64,000 nucleotides of DNA, taken from NCBI GenBank assembly GCA_965277405.1, contig OZ255726.1, positions 1,600,001-1,664,000 of the forward strand, written 5' to 3'. A program made the translations under genes and the position numbers. This DNA comes from Gammaproteobacteria bacterium. Its GTDB lineage: Bacteria > Pseudomonadota > Gammaproteobacteria > G965277405. A model generated the notes under the pieces. It had not been told where the DNA came from. It worked only from the letters and a program-made list of their open reading frames with translations, and searched no databases. Shown here in pieces: positions 50,440 through 59,944 of this stretch (the stretch's first letter is position 1; every line of letters begins with the position of its first letter).

Positions 50440-50533
50440 TTGCCCAAGCGCGCACTTCTGCGGATTTTCATACACAACGATTAGCAACAACAGCAGTATT
50501 GTCAATACTAGTATTGCAGTTGACATTTTCTAA

Positions 50534-50830
50534 GGAAGTTCTGATGAAGTCGCTGATGGAGCGAGTTTGCCTGCAATTGCAGATGATTGCAAGGCGCATA
50601 CCGCAGGCGCATGTCGTAGCAAATACGCCAAGGGATGCAACACAGCAAACTTAAGCAATTGCCGCAAACCATAATATATTCAACACAACGACGGGTAAAT
50701 ACGCTGCGATCGGTCGTTGCAGTACTTGATAATACCCACAAGTCACCACCAGTGTTTTCTGTGCATTGCGTATAGTTATCATCAGCGTTTTTGCTCCGTC
50801 TCGCCAGTCATGGACTTAATCAGAACTTCT
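50534..50830 (+). mobile_element. MITE copy at the right boundary of the aapJ duplication
   Basis: CTAA|GGAAGTTCTGATGAAGTC...GACTTAATCAGAACTTC(T); both ends carry the same AAGTTC variant. Confidence 0.9.
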
Positions 50831-50885
50831 TAAATAGCAGCATTCCATTGAACGTCAAGGAATAAAACTTAGCAATAGCAAATAT

Positions 50886-51440
50886 TTGTATCAGCGGATT
50901 ACGTTGCTACAAAGTGCTCGTCGTCCACGGCAGATGCTATCGCAGTACGCATTAGCGAATGGCACATATGCAACAGCAGAGGTTGCATATGCCGATGATG
51001 TTGCTGCGTCATCGCTGAGCAAAGATGATAAGTTGCTGTTTGGTTATGGCGCTACTGTTGTAACAGATGAACATGGCGTTATTTGTTGATACGCATACCA
51101 GCGCGATGGGAAGTTTGCAGATGGTATAGCAGCTGCCCCTATCAAAGCGGGACAAACGTTTGAGTATGATAAGGGAGCTGCCAGCAAAGCAAGTATTGCT
51201 ACGTGATAAGCAAATTGATGATGGCATTATGCGTAAAAAACCACGCGGTAACGCAATGCCACACTGGCAAAAGGCTGGTAACCTGCTGATATCATCAAAA
51301 CGCTTTGTGGTCGAGAGAACTTTCGCCGCAATGGAAAGGGTGTATGGTCTCCACCGCGCACGATATCTTGGCATAGCCAAACCATGCTGAGGTTGAAGGC
51401 GATGGCGTATGACTTGAAAAGGTTAGCAACTTATTATCAA
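50886..51440 (+). pseudogene. Degenerate IS5-family transposase, C-terminal portion
   Basis: FGYG..VVTDEHGVI, DGIMRKKPRG, ISSKRFVVERTFA and RARYLGIAK across frames. Confidence 0.7.
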
Positions 51441-51576
51441 GAACAGCAGCAGTATTGCTGCCATAAATTTAGGAAAATATCCCAAAAAATCCCTGATAAA
51501 TGGGCATATATGCGCTATTTTCGCCACATTCTGTGTTTCTTTCAGTAAAAATCCCCAATTTGCAATTTTCTACTCT

Positions 51577-51797
51577 TCAAAGCAAAAAATGATGGGGTGT
51601 GGCAGTGGTCTTACTTCGTGCCAACGCATCGCGCGGACAGCGCACGGTATAGTCGACATCAGCCGCGTCACACTCTGCAATTTGGACGAGTGTATCACCA
51701 TCAATTGGGCTGATTGCCGCAGCCACTTTTGCTGACTTTTGCTGGATGATATTTTCCGCCAATAACACATACCTTTGAATTTTAGCTGATGGACATA
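51577..51797 (-). pseudogene. 5' remnant of an aldehyde dehydrogenase
   Basis: ISPIDGDTLVQIAECDAADVDYTV..RDA is typical of an ALDH N-terminus. Confidence 0.65.
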
Positions 51798-51859
51798 TGG
51801 CTGCTATGAATATTGGTTGGAGGTAATACGCATACGCTTATTATAGGTAGAATGGTAAA

Positions 51860-53422
51860 TCAGTTGCGCAACGTTGTGCGGCTATGGCACTGGCGTGGTT
51901 GCATACTGCTGGCTATTGATATTTGACGAATAGCAATTTTACTATATGGATGCAGTGTTGTGACATCACCTATTTGATATAATGGTCGCTGAACTAGCCG
52001 TTGTGCTGCGCTAAAAAAACTTGGGCAGTCTTCATGCACAGCGTCACAAACGGCAACAATTGCTGTATGAGTAATCTGTGTTGGGCTGACCCAAAGGTTG
52101 CGTTGTGGTTTATTGAGTGAATAGGTAGTTACCATCCCATCATCATATAGCGCAATTGCTGCTGGCAAATCATAATCATTGCCAATATATAGCTCACCAC
52201 TGCTATCAACGCCATGGCACGAACGCAGTTGCTGTATTTGCCGCGCAGTTTGTTGCCAACCCACCCACGCCATCGATTTATCGGCAAAAGGCGAGTCAAA
52301 CAGCGCCCGACCCCAATGGAAGCTGACATGTCCAAAAACAAATACAACCAATACTAATCCGAGCATGCCATTGACCCCATACAGCCACACGCCCCATCTT
52401 GGGATGCGTTGCAGTGCGTCTGCCAGCAATACGTACGAAAAAATAATACCGATTCCTGCCCACTGTACATCCATATGTCCGCCGCGGGAGGTGGTATATA
52501 CGCAGACTGCTAATACTGGCCACAACAAAAATTGCACCAAAATCATCACGCCTTGGCTGCGTTTAAACGTTGCCGCAGCAAAATACAATAATAACGGTAA
52601 CGCAAGCACACCGTATACCAATAAACTGCTGATAAAAATTGCGGGCTTGGTGATATTCCATTCAGCTACAACACTGGCGCTGCGGTCTAATTGATAGCCA
52701 ATATTTAACCAATCATTTTCAATATTCCACAACCAAAACGGTCCCATAACCATCAATACAATCAACGGCAGCGCGTACACCTGCCACCGCAACCACAACC
52801 AGCGGTTCTCTCTTGCAGCAATTAACCAGCAATATATTGCAATACAAACAAACACGACCAAGAGCTTTGCCAGCCCAGATAATCCCAGCAACACAGCTAC
52901 TACCAATAGCCAATGGGCATTGTTACTACGGTAAAAAAGCATCAATGCCAGCAGCGCTGCTGCGGTAAAAAAATACATTGGCACATTGATTGTCATTAAC
53001 AACCCTAATGCAAAAAAGTAGGGTGAAGACAATACGAGGGCAAGATAGCCGAATGCCACTTTGGCTGAATCAAACCCCAACAACACAGAGGTAAAGAACA
53101 TATATACTGCAGCAGACCATAGTACCAGCGCTGCCAATTTTACTGCTACAAAACCACTCAGCCCTGGAATTGCATCAAACCCTGCAATCAACCATGCCAC
53201 CATCGGTGGATGCTCTAAATACCCTCCTTGCAGCTGCAGCGACCATATCCAGTGATCAGCCATATCTGGATGCGCATCAATCGTCATGCTATACAAACCG
53301 AGCACAACAGTATATATGGCAATAATCCATGCTCCAAGCACAAGCGGGTGTTGCTGGCGAATCCAACCGTTCATATTACTATATTGAGTAGATGCTGCGG
53401 TTTCTAAAATATATTTGCACAA
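51860..53422 (-). CDS. ArnT/PMT-like (GT39-type) membrane glycosyltransferase
   Basis: HPDMADHW.WS, GYLEHPPMVAWLI, GLSGLAK and P..LWN....W; many TM helices. Start may be ~53374. Confidence 0.8.
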   Translation of the reverse strand: MCKYILETAASTQYSNMNGWIRQQHPLVLGAWIIAIYTVVLGLYSMTIDAHPDMADHWIWSLQLQGGYLEHPPMVAWLIAGFDAIPGLSGFVAVKLAALVLWSAAVYMFFTSVLLGFDSAKVAFGYLALVLSSPYFFALGLLMTINVPMYFFTAAALLALMLFYRSNNAHWLLVVAVLLGLSGLAKLLVVFVCIAIYCWLIAARENRWLWLRWQVYALPLIVLMVMGPFWLWNIENDWLNIGYQLDRSASVVAEWNITKPAIFISSLLVYGVLALPLLLYFAAATFKRSQGVMILVQFLLWPVLAVCVYTTSRGGHMDVQWAGIGIIFSYVLLADALQRIPRWGVWLYGVNGMLGLVLVVFVFGHVSFHWGRALFDSPFADKSMAWVGWQQTARQIQQLRSCHGVDSSGELYIGNDYDLPAAIALYDDGMVTTYSLNKPQRNLWVSPTQITHTAIVAVCDAVHEDCPSFFSAAQRLVQRPLYQIGDVTTLHPYSKIAIRQISIASSMQPRQCHSRTTLRN

Positions 53423-53483
53423 CGAGCAAATTTGATAGCAAATTTGATAATAGTGATGCTGATGCTAAACCCTTGGTGCATAG

Positions 53484-53768
53484 GGAACCTCTGATTAAGT
53501 CCATGATGGGCGAGACGGAGAAAAAACGCTGATGATAACTAGACGCAGTGCGCAGATAATACTGGTGGTATTATCAAGTGCTGCAACGACGTTAGCGCAG
53601 CGTTTTTTCCCGTCCTTCTGTTGAATATACTTTGGGTTTGATGGTAGCGGTACTTGCTGTGTTGCATCCCTTGGCGTATATGCTACGGCATGCGCCTGCG
53701 GAATGCGCCTTGCAATCATCAGCAATTGCCATCAAACTCGCTCCATCAGCGACTTAATCATAGCTTCC
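53484..53768 (-). mobile_element. MITE copy, followed by an extra solo end at 53789-53801
   Basis: ATAG|GGAACCTCTGATTAAGTCCATG...GACTTAATCATAGCTTCC|TTAG, then AATCAGAGCTTCC|CTAA. Confidence 0.93.
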
Positions 53769-53806
53769 TTAGCGGTGCAGCATCCAAAAATCAGAGCTTC
53801 CCTAAA

Positions 53807-54223
53807 CTACTTATTAACCGTTGGCAAATTTGCATCCTGCCAGCCAGCCATGCCACCAGCTAGACGTACCACGTCATACCCTTGAATCAATAAATTCTCA
53901 GCAATACTGCGTGTTGACATTCCTGAATTGCAGACAAGAACCAACTTTTTATGGCGGTGCTTTTCAAAATAATGGTTTTGTTTTTCAATAGAAGTAGCAG
54001 GAAGATGTTCAGCGGCTGTGATATGTCCCGCACGAAAATCTTTTTCATTGCGAACATCAACGATCCAAACGTGGTCACGATTTATCATAGTTACAAGTTG
54101 ACTTGGCGATATACCTGTACCTGCTTTGGATTTTTCTAACACAATAATCGCTAGTACTACCGTCACGAGGCAGCCGACGAGTAACGGTTGTTGGTCAACA
54201 AAAAAAAGAAGTTTAGTGAACAT
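53807..54223 (-). CDS. Rhodanese-like domain protein (YibN-like)
   Basis: N-terminal TM, VDVR...F.AGHI, LVCNSG and LAGGMAGW...LP. Confidence 0.88.
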   Translation of the reverse strand: MFTKLLFFVDQQPLLVGCLVTVVLAIIVLEKSKAGTGISPSQLVTMINRDHVWIVDVRNEKDFRAGHITAAEHLPATSIEKQNHYFEKHRHKKLVLVCNSGMSTRSIAENLLIQGYDVVRLAGGMAGWQDANLPTVNK

Positions 54224-54256
54224 TATGGGGTCTCTGGGTAAATCTATACAGGTAGT

Positions 54257-54292
54257 AGTTTGTTGTAAATGGCGATGATTACAAGGCGCATT
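54257..54292 (+). repeat. Eroded internal MITE fragment
   Basis: AGTTTGTTGTAAATGGCGATGATTACAAGGCGCATT versus MITE AGTTTGATGGCAATTGCTGATGATTGCAAGGCGCATT. Confidence 0.6.
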
Positions 54293-54875
54293 ATGCTGAA
54301 TCGCTCGGTGTTGGCTTAGCGGTAGGCGGTATAGGAGCAGAAGAACTTACTTTTGGAGTTGTTGCTGTTGGCTGCGTCGATGCTGATTTTGTTGCAGGAC
54401 GTACTTTGTTTACTACAGCTGTTGTAGTTGTAGTTTTTTTCTCCTGCGTCTTGCTTGTTGGAGATTTTGTGCTATTTGACTTTCTCACGGAAACTGTGCT
54501 AGCTGTTTTGGGCGTTAAATTAGCACTTGCTGCTGTACTGCTATTGCCAACATTCGAGCGGCTTGGAATAGGCGTACGGCTGTTCTGGTCAGCTGTTACT
54601 TGTGGCCATTCACCAAATGGAAATGGTTTGTTTGCTGAATTACTGCTGATATAACTCACAACCTGCTGTGAATATATAGCGAGAGATTCACCAAATCGAC
54701 ATAGCTTTTCTAGAGGTTCCTTACTAAACAGCAGCGCTAGCGACTGCACGATACCAATCAAAAACACTGCAATCTGCAAAATATACATTACCAAACAAAA
54801 AATGAACGTAAAAATTATACGCAGCCAACTTTCGCCATCCAGCAGATTACCGATTATTCCTGAACGTTTTTGCAT
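54291..54875 (-). CDS. DUF4389-like membrane protein with Ser/Thr/Lys-rich disordered tail
   Basis: WLRII, FGESLAIY.QQVVSY and KPFPFGEWP. Confidence 0.75.
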   Translation of the reverse strand: MQKRSGIIGNLLDGESWLRIIFTFIFCLVMYILQIAVFLIGIVQSLALLFSKEPLEKLCRFGESLAIYSQQVVSYISSNSANKPFPFGEWPQVTADQNSRTPIPSRSNVGNSSTAASANLTPKTASTVSVRKSNSTKSPTSKTQEKKTTTTTAVVNKVRPATKSASTQPTATTPKVSSSAPIPPTAKPTPSDSA

Positions 54876-54959
54876 AATAGTATGATGTTTTGAAAACTAG
54901 TATCATACACAAGATAAGATACTCTCGCCAATATTATGAGCTGTATTCAAAATCCGTAG

Positions 54960-55252
54960 GGAAGCTCTGAGTAATTCCATGATGGGCGAGACGGAGCAAA
55001 AACGCTGATGATACTTAAGCGCAGTGCGCATTAATACTGGCGGGTCTTGTGGGTATTGCCAAGTGCTGCAACGACGTTTGCGCAGCGTTTTTTCCCGTCC
55101 TTCTGTTGAATATATAACGGTTTGCCTACAAGCGGTACTTGCTGTGTTGCATCCCTTGGCGGATAGCTAGGTCATGCGTCTGCGGTTTGCGCCTTGCAAT
55201 CATCAGCAATTGCAGGCAAACTCGCCCCATCAGCGACTTAATCAGAGCTTCC
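54960..55252 (-). mobile_element. MITE copy upstream of rho
   Basis: GTAG|GGAAGCTCTGAGTAATTCCATG...GACTTAATCAGAGCTTCC|TTTG. Confidence 0.92.
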
Positions 55253-55451
55253 TTTGCTGCTACTAGTGTATTTCGCCTTTACATGCTACAAAAGCTGTGA
55301 TATTTTTTAAATAATTGCAATACACTTTATATTTTTATATTATTCCACGACAACAGTTTCTTCATGTTGTTTTCAATATTCAATACCTGACAATCCACCG
55401 GCGAGCGTTGCAACGCCGACAACTCTTATTAGTAAACTCATCCACCACGAT

Positions 55452-56711
55452 ATGAATTTGAATGAACTCAAGCGTATGTCCATGCCCGAGCTGCTTGCTT
55501 TTGCAAAAGATAAAAACATTGAAAATATGGGGCGTTCGCGCAAGCACGATCTGATATTTGCGCTGCTCAAACACCACGCCAAACAAGGCGCAGAAATAAG
55601 CGGTAGCGGATCACTTGAAATACTGCAAGATGGCTTTGGCTTTCTACGTTCAAGTGATAGTTCATACGTTGCAGGTTCTGATGACATATATATTTCACCA
55701 AGCCAAATACGCCGCTTTCAACTACGCAAAGGGGATACTATTAATGGACTAATCCGTCCGCCAAAAGAAAACGAACGTTACTTTGCCCTTCTCAAAGTCA
55801 TCGAAATCAACTTTGAGAAACCTGAGAATGCGCAATCTAAAATTTTGTTTGAAAACTTAACCCCACTCTTCCCAGACGAACATATCAAGCTTGAAGTCGA
55901 CGGCATGTCGGATCGACAGGCACTCACTGGCAGAATGATTGACTTACTCTCACCCATAGGAAAAGGTCAGCGCGGCTTACTGGTTGCGCCACCGAAAGCT
56001 GGTAAAACATTTATTCTTAAAAATATCGCCAAAGCAATTGAAAAGAACCATCCAGAATGCCATCTGCTGGTATTACTGATTGATGAGCGCCCCGAAGAAG
56101 TTACTGACATGCAACGCTCTGTTAAAGGTGAAGTGACTGCAAGCACCTTTGATGAACCAGCAACCCGCCATGTGCAAGTTGCAGAAATGGTGATTGAAAA
56201 AGCTAAACGCCTCGTGGAACACAAGCGTCATGTCATTATTTTACTCGATTCAATCACCCGCCTTGCCCGCGCATATAACGCAGTCATTCCATCATCTGGC
56301 AAAGTTTTGACCGGTGGTGTCGATGCCAATGCATTAGAAAAACCAAAACGTTTTTTTGGAGCCGCAAGGAATATTGAAGAAGGCGGAAGTCTGAGTATTA
56401 TTGCCACAGCATTGATTGATACTGGCTCAAAAATGGACGAAGTTATTTATGAGGAATTCAAAGGAACTGGCAACATGGAGCTCCACCTTGACCGCGAAAT
56501 TGCAGAAAAAAGAATTTATCCTGCGATCAACATCCGCCGTTCAGGTACCCGCCGTGAAGAGCTGCTCATCCCTGAAGATATGCTGAAAAAAATGTGGATT
56601 CTCCGAAAAATATTACACCCTATGGAAAACGTTGATGCCTGTGAATTCATCGTAAATCGACTAAAGAACAGCAAGGATAACAACGACTTTTTTGCAATGA
56701 TGAAAAAGTAA
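55452..56711 (+). CDS. rho: Transcription termination factor Rho
   Basis: [41 protein letters not shown] and [10 protein letters not shown]. Confidence 0.98.
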   Translation: MNLNELKRMSMPELLAFAKDKNIENMGRSRKHDLIFALLKHHAKQGAEISGSGSLEILQDGFGFLRSSDSSYVAGSDDIYISPSQIRRFQLRKGDTINGLIRPPKENERYFALLKVIEINFEKPENAQSKILFENLTPLFPDEHIKLEVDGMSDRQALTGRMIDLLSPIGKGQRGLLVAPPKAGKTFILKNIAKAIEKNHPECHLLVLLIDERPEEVTDMQRSVKGEVTASTFDEPATRHVQVAEMVIEKAKRLVEHKRHVIILLDSITRLARAYNAVIPSSGKVLTGGVDANALEKPKRFFGAARNIEEGGSLSIIATALIDTGSKMDEVIYEEFKGTGNMELHLDREIAEKRIYPAINIRRSGTRREELLIPEDMLKKMWILRKILHPMENVDACEFIVNRLKNSKDNNDFFAMMKK

Positions 56712-56715
56712 ATGC

Positions 56716-58371
56716 ATGGACGCCGATCTTAAAAAAAACTTCATATATACTCAAATTCAACAAGACATTGCAGCCGAGATTATCAGCACCCCAGTAACGC
56801 GGTTTCCTCCAGAGCCAAACGGCTATCTGCATATTGGTCACGCCAAATCAATTTGTTTGAACTATGATATCGCCCGTGACTTTGGCGGAGTATGCAACTT
56901 ACGCTTTGACGACACCAACCCAGAAAAAGAAAGTACGGAGTTTACTCAAAGCATTGCTCATGATATTCACTGGCTTGGCTATGGCAGCAATACACAGCCG
57001 AAACAGACGTCCGCATACTTTGAAAAATTATATCAATTTGCCCACGACCTTATCCAGCAAGGTCTAGCGTATGTCGATTTTTCTTCGCAACTAAGCATGC
57101 GCAACATGCGTGGAACATTGACTACAGCTGGGGAAAACAGCCCTTATCGCGACACCAGCATCGCTGCAAACACGGCACATTTTACCGCGATGTACGCTGG
57201 CAAACACCCAGCTGGTAGCTGTGTGTTGCGTGCTAAAATTGATATGGCGTCACCGCGAATGTCCTTACGGGATCCGACTATTTACCGCATCAAAGACATG
57301 CAACACCATGCTACTAACAAGCGCTGGCATGTTTACCCAATGTATGACTTTGCCCACAGTTTAAGTGATGCAATTGAAGGGGTTACCCATTCGCTGTGCA
57401 CCTTAGAGTTTCAAGATAACCGAATACTGTATGCATGGTTTATTCAAAAGCTTACCCCCACATCGCCAACGCGACAATATGAGTTTGCTAAGCTGCGTCT
57501 TGAGCATACGCAACTCAGCAAACGCAAACTACAACAACTGATTGCAGAAGGCTTTGTTGATGGCTGGGACGACCCACGCATGCCGACCATTGCTGGGATG
57601 CGTAAGCGTGGCTACCCAGCGCTTGCCATCCGCAACTTTTGCAACCAAATTGGTGTTGCCAGGATGGATAATTTGGTCAGCTATACACAACTTGAAAGCG
57701 CAGTGCGCGATGCACTCAATACTATAGCTACGCGTGCGTTAGTAGTGTTTGACCCTATTCGGATTGTCATCACCAATTTTTGCGCGACAGAAACATTGCG
57801 CATTGCCCGCCACCCCAATAATCCCGATGCAGGCTGTCGCGATGTGCCATTTACCCAAGAATTGTATATTGAGCGTGATGATTTTCGTGAAAGAGCTAAC
57901 AAACATTACAAACGGCTCGTGCTAGGAAAAAATGTCCGCCTGCGTGGCGGCTATGTCATCATTGCCGATGGATTGAAATATAATAACGCTGGCAACGTTG
58001 ATACAGTGTATTGCCACTATGACCCGACAACGCTTGGCAATAACCCAGCAGATGGTAGCAAAGTACGCGGTGTTATTCATTGGGTAAGCAAAACGCAGCA
58101 TATTCCAATTGAAGTTCATCTGTATCAACGCCTATTCATAGATGCTATTCCTGATGACAGCCAACCACTTGCCCAACTCATCAATCCCGACTCACACAAG
58201 ATCACGACCGCGTATGCTGAACCGAGTATCGCAGCCGTGCCAAGCGACCATCATGTGCAATTTGAACGCGTTGGCTATTTCTATAAAGACCCGCGCGATC
58301 CAGATGCACATATATGGAACCGCAGCGTAGAACTCAAAGATAATTGGTCAACATCCCAATTTACAAGCTAA
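56716..58371 (+). CDS. glnS: Glutamine--tRNA ligase
   Basis: TRFPPEPNGYLHIGHAKSI, LRFDDTNP, THSLCTLEF, GWDDPRMPT and QFERVGYF. Confidence 0.96.
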   Translation: MDADLKKNFIYTQIQQDIAAEIISTPVTRFPPEPNGYLHIGHAKSICLNYDIARDFGGVCNLRFDDTNPEKESTEFTQSIAHDIHWLGYGSNTQPKQTSAYFEKLYQFAHDLIQQGLAYVDFSSQLSMRNMRGTLTTAGENSPYRDTSIAANTAHFTAMYAGKHPAGSCVLRAKIDMASPRMSLRDPTIYRIKDMQHHATNKRWHVYPMYDFAHSLSDAIEGVTHSLCTLEFQDNRILYAWFIQKLTPTSPTRQYEFAKLRLEHTQLSKRKLQQLIAEGFVDGWDDPRMPTIAGMRKRGYPALAIRNFCNQIGVARMDNLVSYTQLESAVRDALNTIATRALVVFDPIRIVITNFCATETLRIARHPNNPDAGCRDVPFTQELYIERDDFRERANKHYKRLVLGKNVRLRGGYVIIADGLKYNNAGNVDTVYCHYDPTTLGNNPADGSKVRGVIHWVSKTQHIPIEVHLYQRLFIDAIPDDSQPLAQLINPDSHKITTAYAEPSIAAVPSDHHVQFERVGYFYKDPRDPDAHIWNRSVELKDNWSTSQFTS

Positions 58372-58546
58372 GGAACCTCTGATTAAGTCCATGATGGGCG
58401 AGACGGAGAGAAAACGCTGATGATAACTAGACGCAGCACTTGATAATACTGGTGGTCTTGTGGGTGTTGCCAAGTGCTGCAACGACGTTAGCGCCGCTTT
58501 TTTCCCGTCGTTGTGTTGAATATACTTTGGGTTTGCGGCAATTGCA
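58372..58546 (-). mobile_element. Truncated (one-ended) MITE directly after the glnS stop codon
   Basis: CTAA|GGAACCTCTGATTAAGTCCATG...; homology is lost after GTTTGCGGCAATTGC. Confidence 0.9.
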
Positions 58547-58824
58547 GGTCTATGCTGGTTTTGCTACAACGTTGTACAATGGTTGGCTATCGTGAAAACA
58601 CTGTTTGTATCAAGGTTTGAGCAGTATTCATGTGAAAAATTATTTACGGATGGTTGGCGAAAAAAACACCGAATTTCTGCTGGTTATGCTTGTTTTAACG
58701 TCACCGTTGTGCTATATACTGCAACAGTATAATCTCCAAAGTGCTGACTATTCGTGACTATTCACATAGCTACGAGTAGTCAGTTATATTGATTATTCAT
58801 GGCGAAATCCATACGGGTGTTTGG

Positions 58825-58851
58825 AAGCGGCTGGTCAATCAGCCGCTTTTT
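58825..58851 (+). terminator. Possible intrinsic terminator
   Basis: AAGCGGCTG-GTCAAT-CAGCCGCTT followed by a T run. Confidence 0.4.
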
Positions 58852-59020
58852 CATCAACCACTATTTTATTAGAGATTTTGCCATTCCCTTTAATTGCTAT
58901 AAAATATGCCAGCTACTGCGCGATGCGTAGTATTCATATAATAGTTGGTATTGTTACTGCACTATGGTTCAAGCTGACAACCAGTTTATGTATTTGGCAT
59001 CACTCACCGCCTAATACCAC

Positions 59021-59120
59021 AAAATATATTGAATACAGGGATGGAAAACGCTGCGCTGCGTCGTTGCAGCTCTTGGCAGTACCCACAAGAGCAACCAGTG
59101 TTAGTTGCGTCCTTGGCTTA
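59021..59120 (+). repeat. Eroded internal MITE fragment (arm 2)
   Basis: AAAACGCTGCGCTGCGTCGTTGCAGCTCTTGGCAGTACCCACAAGAGCAACCAGTGTTAGTTGCG; no TIRs. Confidence 0.8.
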
Positions 59121-59220
59121 AATAAGCTTTGCATTATGCTTTTTTTATTGTATAGTAGAATATTCATATACATCTCGACTGAATCAGTTTGCAAATTTTA
59201 TTTGCAAATTGACATACAAA

Positions 59221-59250
59221 CAAAATAGGCGGCTTTAGCTGCCTGTTTTG
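59221..59250. terminator. Probable intrinsic terminator downstream of the pstS remnant
   Basis: CAAAATAGGCGGC-TTTA-GCTGCCTGTTTTG stem-loop. Confidence 0.5.
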
Positions 59251-59264
59251 TTGTTTGGTAAGTA

Positions 59265-59643
59265 TTAGCCTAACAATTGCATGAATTTAGCAGATGGGCT
59301 GGTGCTTGGTATGTATCCATCTTTCACTGCGTCATCTTTCACTGCGTCTTCTTGACCAACTTACCTCAAAACCATTTGCATAAATTGCTTTTCATGCGTT
59401 GGCAATTCACAGTTTGGCTGTTTGTTGACATAGATACATAAAAATCTAGCAATAGGATATTCACCAGACAATATATTTTCAGTTGAGGCCTTGTATGCTG
59501 TGCCACCTGTTTTTATTTGCAATTGGCAGCACGCTCGCGCTGCGGTAGCCAATTCCTGGATAGCCAATCCCAGCAACAGCAACTGCTGGCACTACTGCTG
59601 CTGAACTAGGATGCTCATTCACGATTTTATTGTAGTCACCTTT
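59265..59643 (-). pseudogene. pstS: 3' fragment of phosphate-binding protein PstS
   Basis: GDYNKIVNEHPSSAAVV, GIGYPGIGY, SGEYPIARFL.IYVNKQP and GQE..VKDGYIP. Contains frameshifts, a stop and a 15-bp duplication (59318-59347); the 5' part is missing at the MITE. Confidence 0.75.
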
Positions 59644-59944
59644 GGAAGCTCTGATTAAGTCGCTGATGGAGCGAGTTTGATGGCAATTGCTGATGATTGC
59701 AAGGCGCAAACCGCTAAGCGCATGACCTAGCTGCCAAGGGATGTAACACAGCAAGTACCGCTGCAGCAAACTGCTGTATGTTGAACAGTATATTCAACAG
59801 AAGGACGGGAAAAAAGCGGTACTAACGTCGTTGCAGCACTTGGCAAAACACCCACAAGACCACCAGTATTATCTGCGCACTGCGCTTAAGTTTCAGCAGC
59901 GTTTTTTATCCGTCGCGCCCATCATGGAATTAATCAGCGCTTCC
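59644..59944 (+). mobile_element. MITE copy between the pstS and ceo remnants
   Basis: CTTT|GGAAGCTCTGATTAAGTC...GAATTAATCAGCGCTTCC|TTGA; flanks do not match. Confidence 0.92.

Larger units (their letters stand above)
49128..50533 (+). repeat. Diverged segmental duplication of 43916-45313 (selO 3' end + aapJ + downstream spacer)
   Basis: selO tail homology (IAAAHAGDYSVLHTLQA), aapJ paralogue, and shared spacer ACAACGATTAGCAACAACAGCAGTATTGTCAATACTAGTATTGCAGTTGACATTT. Confidence 0.93.

Noticed and set aside
58547-59228. ORF 58821-59228 and nearby hairpins as a gene or ncRNA
   Set aside because: The ORF runs through an eroded MITE fragment and has no motif; beyond a terminator-like hairpin, no RNA family could be supported.
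8902-59944. Dispersed repeats as a CRISPR array or integron attC sites
   Set aside because: Copies are ~240-300 bp, kilobases apart, in both orientations, with TIRs and 4-bp target duplications. There is no repeat-spacer periodicity, cas gene or integron integrase.
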